A stretch of DNA of 56,721 nucleotides from Octopus bimaculoides. Taxonomy: Eukaryota. Where the stretch lies: the NCBI RefSeq assembly GCF_001194135.2, contig NC_068985.1, forward strand, positions 80,674,084 to 80,730,804, given 5' to 3'. The stretch's first letter is position 1, and the number at the start of each line of letters is the position of its first letter. The notes under the pieces are model-generated. The model was not told the DNA's origin and did no database searches. It saw only the letters and a program-made list of their open reading frames with translations. Below are positions 48,016-56,721 of this stretch, piece after piece. The position numbers and the translations under genes are program-made.

Positions 48016-49479
48016 TTACACTTTTGCTGCAGAGAAGTGTATATAACTACACTTTTCACTATTCAACCACCACCAAAGCTTGGTCCCAGTTATTTACCAA
48101 TTGAGATTATTTTTGTTTTTTTTCATTTTAGTTCAGCTACCTATCTGTTTGCATATCTATTAATATATTTCTCTTCCTGCATATCTAGTGATTTATCTGT
48201 AAACTCACCTATGTATCTATTTGTCTGTCTGTTTAATTAACTATCAATCTACTTTCCTTTCTGCCAATGTATGTATCTGTCTATTATCATAATACTGTTA
48301 AGCATTTAAACTTAATGGCCATAAATAAAAAGAAAAAGAATTGTGTTGATGCTCTAGCATGGCCATGGCCTTTGATCTGGAACATGTAAAAGTTAAAAGT
48401 GTGACATCCATTGCTATTTACTAACTAAAGTCATTTCACTTTAATTTATCTACCTATCAGTATGCCTTTTAATTTATAGATCTTCATGACTGTTTCATTC
48501 TGCTAAGCATTTTGATTGTACCTGTAATTTGAATACACAAATCCAGAATGATATAGATCTCTCTCTCTCTCTCTATCACTCCCTCATATTTTTTCTTTCT
48601 ATTTTTTCATTGCTTCCATTATTTCTGTTTCTTTGTCTCTCCTTCTCTCTCTATATTTATATTTCTCCAGTTGTGTTATTACCTCCCCTGGCATAAGTGT
48701 AACACAGACAAAATTGGCAGGAACAATGAGAATAATATTAAATGGTTAGAGCTGAAATGATTTTGATCATAAATACTCTCAATCAGATCAACTTAGGGTT
48801 AACAACCAAAGTCCCCACAAATTACAATCTCTAGTCTTAAAATGGGGCACATCGGATAATATAGCCCTAAGTACATGAAGTCTGAATAGAAACAGAACTA
48901 TTCTGATTGGAATGCCTTTGAACATAGATTTGCTTCACAAAACTAGCTTGGATTAAACCACAAAATAGTGTTGGTTTCTTTTTGCAAAAAATAGACTGTA
49001 TGAAGTATGTTTAAGAAATATAATGTTATGTAGAAACAAATTTTGTGTGTTTAATGTTGAAGACCTACAGAGGCTGGTGGGGAAAGGAGTTGAATAAGGG
49101 GTTGAATAAGATATATATATATACAATATACAGTATTAACTTGCATGGAAAGCAGAGCATAGGTGAGTTGAAAGAGTAACTATGAATTAAAGGTGTCAGC
49201 GAATGTGTGCATGAGATACAATTTCATTGGTATGGTGACTGATATGAAAGGACAACATACACTGGGTAAAAATGTCTCATGCCCTGACAATACAAAGTTC
49301 ATGTAATTATGTAGATCATAATTTGAAATACTTAATAAGTTCACTTTTGTTAAGGAGACTCTTATTAGACTGCATCAATTACAATAAATTAAAAGAAATT
49401 CCAAACACTGAAGCATAATAAAGAATTTTAGTCAGAAAGATAAAAAAAAAACTGCCATCTAGGGATATACTTGATGTAC

Positions 49480-50455
49480 AGAGAAGGAATATTTCAGAAT
49501 TTCATCTGGTGTACCAGATTTAAAGTATGGGTGCTGAATACTTGCAGTAGGATTACAAGTAGCCCGACAAAGGGTGACTTTGTATGTAGCATTCACAAAA
49601 CAAATTCTTTGAAATATTTAGAGAGCTCCTTAGAAATAGCTTTTGTTACCCTGGTGGCCAGCTTTGAAGGTATATATTTTGAAAATATGCTAGCTAGAGT
49701 TAAAATTCTGGTGGTAAAAGTCCAAGAATCTCTCTGAGTGAAGGGGATATAGTTTGAAGGTTGTCTTTGAAGTACAATTCTATATGGTAGTGAAATGTAG
49801 GCATTAAGTGCAGGGTTGTCTGAATGTTGGAAAGAAATTATGTGAGTATGGTCTGCTCAATATCTAATGTTAGTGTACATAAATGACAGCACACATGAGT
49901 CAAGAGAAAAACAGCATACAAGAGGAATCATATGTAGTGTGTAAAAGAGCAGATTGTAATAGTACCTTATGTTATGGAAACATGGAGGATGAAAATTTGG
50001 TAAAGATATGGCAAGTGATCAACATGGAAGGCGAGCGAGCTGGCAGAATCGTTAGCACGCCGGGCGAAATGCTTAGTGATATTTCATCTGCCGCTACGTT
50101 CTGAGTTCAAATTCCGCTGAGGTCAACTTTGCCTTTCATCCTTTCGGGGTCGATTAAATAAGTACCAGTTATGCACTGGGGTCGATATAATCGACTTAAA
50201 CCATTTGTTTGTCCCCTCTCTGTGTAGCTCCTTGTGGGCAGTAAAGAAATAAGTGATCAACATGAAAGTAAAATGCAGAAGATGAAGAAAAGCATGGAAA
50301 GAAGTGGTGAAAGATGATTCCAAATGGCTGAACCACATGAGAAAAATGACAAAAACCTACAATAATGGTGAAACGTTGTGCTGGAGAAGACCTGTCCAAC
50401 CCATGCATGCATGGAGAAAACAGATGTAATATGTTGATGATGGTAATAATGATGG
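49480..50455 (+). mobile_element. Degenerate RTE LINE 3' end (interrupted by a SINE)
   Basis: FVCSI...KYLESSLE, LYGSEM*A (similar to LYGSETW), KAWKEVV. The 3' tail cctgtccaacccatgc..atggagaaaacagatgta..tgatgatgg is shared with family C. Confidence 0.7.
50030..50250 (+). mobile_element. Young full-length SINE family A with TSD
   Basis: GGCGAGCGAGCTGGCAGAATCGTTAGCACGCCGGGCG, B-box GAGTTCAAATTCCG. TSD aagtgatcaacatg(g/a)aag at 50013-50030 and 50251-50268. Confidence 0.92.
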
Positions 50456-51694
50456 AGTGAAAGGTAGACTCTGGCAGAATTTGAACTTAGAAAATTGTAG
50501 CTGGAAAAATTGAATTCTGTCAAGAATTTTGTTCTGTTTTCATGCTGATTCCACCCACTTGTATTTTGGAAATGAAGATAAAGCATTAGAATAATAATAT
50601 CTATATTAGTCTCTTGTTTTCAATAGAGATGAGATAATGATAACTTGAATAATTCTGAACAATGAAGTGTAAATATTAAAGATATAATTGGGAGTGGTAA
50701 ACATTTATCATTTGTTTTATGCTTTGTATCTGTTTTAAATCAGCAGCTGATGCTTTTAGTATCAGCAGGATCAAATGCTAGTGTTAAATGCATAAAATGT
50801 GTTGAGGAAAGTAAATTTAATACTGTATTTAACAGCTAGCTATAAATTCTGAGTGAACTGACAAGTTATTACAACTTCTCTACTATATATAAATCATTAA
50901 TAATGAAGTTTAGGCTCTATTAAATTTTAAGCATACCGATCTGATTTCTTGGTGAAAATTCCCTCGAGGTTTTGCCACCATAGTAATCTTCAGTGATCTT
51001 TTGCTGTTAAGCAATACACCTGTATTGAGCATTCATCAGTTTGCAGTCACAACAATTCTCTCTATATATTAATGTCAGAATGTAGGATTTGCTATATAGG
51101 CACAATCATGATAAGAATGGAAATCAAAACAGTAGAGTTGTCTGTAGATGCACTGTAAGATTATGTTAACTGAAGCTTCAAGTGGATCCCTTGTTGGAAA
51201 CTCAAAAGTAATTAGTCTTCCAATTCTCTTTATTAGTTTTGTCTAATTGTCTGTAGACAATAAGGGTTTATTTTGAGAAATAGTCACCTTAAATTATTTA
51301 GAGCAGGAATTAATAATTCTATAACTTTACATTTGCTAATCTTGAATGTATTGGATAGTCTAGTTGGTATATTAAACATGTGTGTTTCATATATTCTCTT
51401 GACTCATGTGTACTGTCATTCATGTAACACATGCAGACACATACATATGTGCACATTCACCAGGCAATTGAAGCTTGCTGGTTGTCTGTAGCAATTTGAA
51501 TGATATTTATCTGTTAGATGTATTTCTATTGTTCACTGCTTTATGTTTCTTCCAGATCACCCTGCATTTCTTTAGCTGAAAATTGGATTTCCACTTTTGC
51601 TTTACTCTCCAGACTGTCTTGTTTTACAGTCACTGCTTCATATTCCCAGGGTGCTTCACACTCATGCTTGGGCATCAAAAATATGCATTCTTTA

Positions 51695-51830
51695 ACATGG
51701 GTTGGACAGTTTGACTGAGGACTGGACCAGGCTCCAATCTGATCTGGCAAAGTTTCTACAGCTGAATACCCTTGCTAGCACGAACCACTCCAAGAGTGTA
51801 GTGGGTGTTTTTTACATGCCACCAGTATGA
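51695..51830 (-). mobile_element. Family C repeat fragment
   Basis: catgggttggacagtttgactgagg...gtttctacagctg...gagtgtagtgggtgtttttacatgcc. Confidence 0.8.
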
Positions 51831-51859
51831 GGGCCTGGAATGACTGTCATTATCTTGAA

Positions 51860-52220
51860 GCAGTATGAAATGATTTCCAAGAGTTATGACAAATTTATCT
51901 CTGATGTCTATGTTGTTGGGTAGTTGTTTTCAGTCATTTTCCCAGCAAATTATGGAAACATTTGATGAAAGAAGGGCTTTATGGAAATATCCCCAAAATA
52001 TTTATCATTTGAAAGTGGGGGACAAGTTAAACTGGTCACTGCTATTGAAGGAAAGATGAATTAGTTAATGAACTCTTTTGTGGATTTTGAGCCATAAGAA
52101 TTCTATGTCAGACAACCTAGAATGATTTACATTGATCATCTCTCTTGCATTGTCAAGTTACAAATGGAAGACCTCATAAATGTTAGGGAAGACTGGACTG
52201 CTTAGAGGGAAAGATGAATT
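51860..52220 (+). mobile_element. Degenerate RTE LINE C-terminal fragment
   Basis: EGLYGNIPKI, TGHCY*RKDE, QPRMIYIDHL...EDLINVREDWTA resemble RTE ELYG, FAGHCxR, GRPxxTYID and MxDRxxW. Confidence 0.55.
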
Positions 52221-52554
52221 ATGGTCTGGGCAATCTACCCAAAATGATTTTGAGATATGCTTTTCACCAGCATCATTGTACATCCACTTTCCATGCTTGG
52301 TTGGTGAGACCCTTTACAAAATTGCCCTAGTTACATTTTTAAACGGCAAAGCAGATACTTGGGACTTAAATTTCAGCATTGTATTCTGGTACTACTATCA
52401 GCATAATAATGAGAAAATGATCACATATGGAAATGCTGCTTAAATACTGTAGATGATGATGATGATGAGCTTTGAGTGTACTTTAAGAGTACTCAAAACA
52501 TTGCTGACTAGGGTTGTCCAACACCACCACTACCACCACAACTGTTGGTGTAGA

Positions 52555-53080
52555 AAACTAGAGTGAAATGATATCATGTGTGGAATATGAAATGTAAACA
52601 GGACACAGATGGAATGATATTGAGCTGAAGGAACCACTGGCTGTTGGACATTTCAATCAATACATGCTATCAAGACTGCTCTGCTTACATCATTGTGGAC
52701 ATTGATGTTGCTGCCGCCACCCCAACACTCCATGCCACCACCACTTCCACTGCTGTCTCTCACACTACCACCACTACCCTCCTCCTATTCCTATTCTTAA
52801 TAATAATAATAATAATAATAATTTAATGTACATTTCTTTATGCTGACAGGTGATGCAATTCATATGGATGAAAAGCATTGTGTGAAAAAGTAAAAAAAGA
52901 AAATTGCATGGGTAGATAGTAAAAATGTAACCAGACAAGAGGCAGGCCAAAGCTTGTTCAGATCTGATAAGGTTGTTAGATTAGATCCTATAAAATTAGC
53001 TCTTATGAGGCATGGAATTATACAGTTCATAGTTGAATGGAGATAGTCTGTAATGCACATCTGCCAGAGTTATGCTGGCT
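52555..53080 (+). mobile_element. Very degenerate RTE C-terminal fragment interrupted by (CAC)n/(AAT)n
   Basis: WNDIELKEPL...RLL..HCGH, followed by TRGRPK. Confidence 0.4.
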
Positions 53081-53301
53081 TGATGATAGTGAGTCTACTG
53101 GGGGTAGGTCAGTCATTTACTGCTAGTCTTCAGTTTGAATGATATTGATTCAGTTGAATTGAGTTAATTTCATTATTATTTATTTTTTATTTTCAATAAA
53201 TTACTGAGTTTCTTTCATAATGTGAAAAGAATACACCCACCTTGCTTGAAAGGATACTTTTGGTACTGATTTTTCAGACTGATAGGTGAAATCAATGAAA
53301 A

Positions 53302-53346
<45 letters not shown>

Positions 53347-53625
53347 AAGGCATGTGGCCTAGTGGTTAGGGGTGTTACCCTAATGATTACAAGATCATAG
53401 TTTCAATTCCCAGGCCAGTGGTGGATTGTGTTCTTGAGCAAAACATGTCATTTCATGTTACTCCAGGCCACTCAACTGTAAATAGGGAGCTCTATAGTGG
53501 ACTGGCTTTCCATTCAGAGGAGAATGTCAACATGTGTGCCTAGCCAGTAGAGTGGCATCATTTGAAAGCTTCAGCAATGTGCAGAAATGCATTGTGACCA
53601 ATGATGTATAACAATATCTGATGTT
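53347..53625 (+). mobile_element. SINE family D
   Basis: aaggcatgtggcctagtggttagggg (A-box), atagtttcaattccc (B-box), gttcttgagcaaaacatgtcatttcatg. Confidence 0.8.
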
Positions 53626-53994
53626 CTGGTTGATAGAAATACAGTGATATCTATATGTGTGTGTATGTGTTGTATTTTGGGAGGGTCATTTAGCCAATGA
53701 AAAGCATGAAATGCATCAGTTCCATTTCACTTTTTTTTTTATTATTGCTAGTAGACTAGTTAACTAATTAATCAGTTAAATAATCAGTTGCTTAATACAA
53801 CAACTAATTCAAGATATGACTTAACATCAAGAATTTTGCAAACAAATAAAATATTAAAACACATAAACATGTGCACACATACCATTGTCAGTGAACAAAA
53901 GAAAGTCATTGAAAATGTTATATTTATATAAAGTTTGAGACATCTAGACATTTTGATTGGTTTGATCTCTGATTGTAATCACATGTTTTTGTTC

Positions 53995-54313
53995 TGGATG
54001 TATACACAATAGCTGATTGGATTTTGTCATTGCCAGTACCACCTGACTGGTTCCTGTACCGGTGGCATGTAAAAAGTACCATTCGAGCATGGTCGATGCC
54101 AGTACTGCCTGACTGGCCCTCACACTGGTGGCATGTAAAAAGCACCCACTACACTCTCAGAGTGGTTACCATTAGGAAAGGCATCCAGCTGTAGAAGCCA
54201 TGCCTTATCAGATTGGAGCCTGGTGCAGCCTTCTGGCTTGCCAGTCCTCAGTCAAGCCGTCCAACCCATGCCAGCACAGAAAGCGATGATGATGATGATG
54301 ATGATGATGATGA
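53995..54313 (+). mobile_element. Family C repeat
   Basis: ggtggcatgtaaaaagcacccactacactctcagagtgg...ccaacccatgccagc, then (GAT)n. Confidence 0.85.
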
Positions 54314-54314
54314 T

Positions 54315-54354
<40 letters not shown>

Positions 54355-55231
54355 CGAGGTTTGATCAACAGGTATCTCGGCTGTTGCCATTGTAACAAAG
54401 CTAAAGCACGCAGAGTGAAGTTGCTTTGGCAACGATTGACCTTGAACTCTGCTGTGGATGCACACTAAGTTTTTACATTCTAGCTCACTTCCATTGTTTA
54501 CAGCAGTACTTAGAAGAAAGGTGTGCAGTGTGTGATCGTTGTATTGACCATGAAGAGAAAGTTGCTATGGTGATACCTGCTCAGAGGCCTATGTAAAGTT
54601 GCAGAAAGTGTATGGAGAGGAGTGTATGAGCTGCATACAAATGTATGAGTGGTTCATATGTTCCCAAGATGGCTGAAAAATGTCAATATTGACGAACTTT
54701 CTGGGAGACCCGCAACCAGCAGAACTGAGAAAAACATCACAGATGTGCTTGCAGCTGTGAGGGAAATCATCGAGTCATAATCCTTGAGTTATCAGAGGAT
54801 GTGCAGATTAGTTATGGTTCAGTCAATTATCACTGAAGATTTGGGTACGAGATGCGTGTCTGCCAAGTTTCTGTGAAAACTGCTTTCAGTTGACCAAAAA
54901 GACACTCAGATTTTGGTCACACAATATCTCCTTGATTGTGTCAAGAGCAATGAAAACTTTTTGAAAACTTTGTGTAGACCTCTGAGCAGGTATCGCCAAG
55001 CTTTTGGCAAAATTTGATGCCGATTCTCTGCTCAACTTTTTCTGTCATGGTCAATGCAACGATCATATACTACACACCTTCCTTCCAAGCACTGCTGTAA
55101 ACAGTGGAATATTAAAACTTAGTGTGCATGCACAGCAGAGTTCAAGGTCAATCTGTGACAAGTGGCTTCACTCTGCTTGCTTTAACTTTGTTACTATAGT
55201 AACAGTCCAGATACTTATTCATCAGACCGTG
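54355..55231 (+). mobile_element. 877-bp non-autonomous mariner with ~270-bp inverted arms (two left ends)
   Basis: TA|CGAGGTTTGATCAACAGGTATC... The left part encodes DTCSEAYVKLQKVYGEECMSCIQMYEWF...SGRPATSRTEKNITDV (mariner HTH). 54958-55231 is an inverted copy of the left end, including MTEKVEQRIGIKFCQKLGDTCSEVY. Confidence 0.88.
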
Positions 55232-55295
55232 TGTGTATATATATATATATCCACACGTGTGTGTGTGATGCACACACACACATGTATATATATCA

Positions 55296-55545
55296 TTAAC
55301 ATCATTATCATCAATGTTTAATGTCCGTTTTCCATGCTGACAAGGGTTGCACATCTTGACAGGAACTGGTGAAACCAGAGACCACACCAGGTTCCATGGT
55401 CTGCTTGGGTGTGGTTTCTATAGCTGGTTGCCGTTCCCAATGCTAACCACTCTTGGAGTGTACCAGGTGCTTTTTACATATCACTATTACCAATGCTTTT
55501 TACATGACACCAGCACCAGCGCTTTTTATGTGGCACATTGGCTTT
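55296..55545 (-). mobile_element. Family C repeat
   Basis: catcattatcatc...tttaatgtccgttttccatgctg...ggtttctatagctgg...tgctaaccactcttggagtgtac. Confidence 0.8.
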
Positions 55546-55587
55546 AGGATCTCAATTCTGTAGTAGTGGGTANNNNNNNNNNGTAGG

Positions 55588-55642
<55 letters not shown>

Positions 55643-55801
55643 CACACACGTGTGCATATCTTATGTGTACAGTTACATATATAACTGATACTGTTGAGAT
55701 TAGAGCTCCATGTAGATTATCACCAACAACTTCACTTCCATCATAGTGGTTTGGTTACTACTTTACTTAGTAGTATTACTAGTTATGATATACAGAGAAA
55801 A

Positions 55802-56025
55802 TGTAGGAGAAATCATGATAAACACAAGTCTATATCATTTGTTTCTTGCATACATTTTACTGTTGTGGTTCAGCATCCAACTGCACTTGTTCAGCATCCA
55901 ACTGCACTTGTTCAGCATCCAACTGCACTTGAAACATTCAATGCAAAAGTTGCAAATAACCACAACGGTGAAACATATGTAGGAACAAGTGATATAAACT
56001 TGTGTTTATCATAATTCCACCTATA
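55802..56025. mobile_element. MITE/foldback with ~68-bp TIRs and three internal copies of a 21-bp repeat
   Basis: 55802-55870 pairs with 55958-56025 (atgataaacacaagt...gttgtggtt). The centre carries TTCAGCATCCAACTGCACTTG x3 (55869-55931). The right end abuts (TA)n. Confidence 0.8.
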
Positions 56026-56492
56026 TATATATGTGTGTGTGTGTGTGTGGGTGAATATGAAATATTCTCTGAGGAAAACAATAAATACTAAAAATAAACA
56101 AAAGAAATCTGCTTCAACATGTATGCATGTATGCGTGTGTTTGTGTGTGTTCATGCATATGTATGTGTGTGTTCATGTATGTTGTTCATTCATTCACTTG
56201 TTTTACTTCCATTTTTCTATGCTAGCATGGGTTAGATGGCTGTGTTATTGAAGCACACTGTTTATAGCCAGGTGTCCTTCCTGCTTCTAACCCTTGCCTG
56301 TTTTTTTTTTATGTAAGAAGTTTCTTATGCCATGTGTTTTTGCAAGCACAAAGTGAGCAAGCAATTTGTTGGCAGAGGATAAGGGAGCTGAATGCTACTC
56401 TGATGATGTCCTTTCGAATAAACAAGTGGCAAATGTAAACAAGCACAGAAACAAATGCACATGTGTGCATGCATTCACACACACACACATGT

Positions 56493-56721
56493 ATCATCAT
56501 CATCATCATCATCATCGTTTAACGTCCGCTTTCCATGCTAGCATGGGTTGGACGATTTGACTGAGGACTGGTGAAACCGGATGGCAACACCAGGCTCCAA
56601 TCTAATTTGGCAGAGTTTCTACAGCTGGATGCCCTTCCTAACGCCAACCACTCAGAGAGTGTAGTGGGTGCTTTTACGTGTCACCCGCACGAAAACGGCC
56701 ACGCTCGAAATGGTGTCTTTT
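56493..56721 (-). mobile_element. Young family C repeat, runs off the window end
   Basis: (CAT)n, then cgtttaacgtccgctttccatgctagcatgggttggacg...ggatgcccttcctaacgccaaccactc. CpG-rich. Confidence 0.9.

Noticed and set aside
52849-52890. Phase-1 acceptor/donor pair reading GDAIHMDEKHCVK
   Set aside because: It does not match the KIF17 continuation, the donor is weak, and it lies in an RTE relic.
7370-56560. Most six-frame ORFs (poly-X, YIYI, CVCV, HTHT, poly-I/N/M/H)
   Set aside because: They are products of N gaps, microsatellites or antisense TE sequence in AT-rich DNA.

Overview
This is AT-rich eukaryotic DNA. Its repeat families (tRNA-head SINEs, (GAT)n-tailed RTE-related repeats, Dong/R4 LINEs, abundant (AAT)n/(AT)n/(CA)n) point to an octopus/coleoid cephalopod; that assignment is an inference from repeat content. 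The only host coding sequence I can support is one 170-nt internal exon (2413-2582, +) of a KIF17/OSM-3-type kinesin-2 motor domain. I found no neighbouring exon, so the rest is probably intron (>54 kb downstream) filled with transposon relics: CR1/Jockey-like, RTE, Tx1-like and Dong/R4 LINE fragments, three SINE-type families, and mariner and piggyBac-like MITEs. Six assembly gaps limit what can be seen. The best candidate for new biology is a type I hammerhead-ribozyme core (CUGAUGA...GAAAC...GUC) at the tip of a 136-nt rod-like fold (3700-3835), on the sense strand about 1.1 kb into the kinesin intron. It has two imperfections, so activity is untested. Also notable: an (AAT)n-centred nest where R4 LINEs and SINEs sit in opposite orientations, a mariner element made of two left ends, a SINE array truncated at the same B-box base, a 24/72-bp higher-order minisatellite, and a candidate 20-nt microexon. 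Almost all ORFs in the supplied track are microsatellite, gap or antisense-TE artefacts. All translations and folds were done by eye, with no database search, and TE boundaries are approximate unless a TSD or TIR is given.
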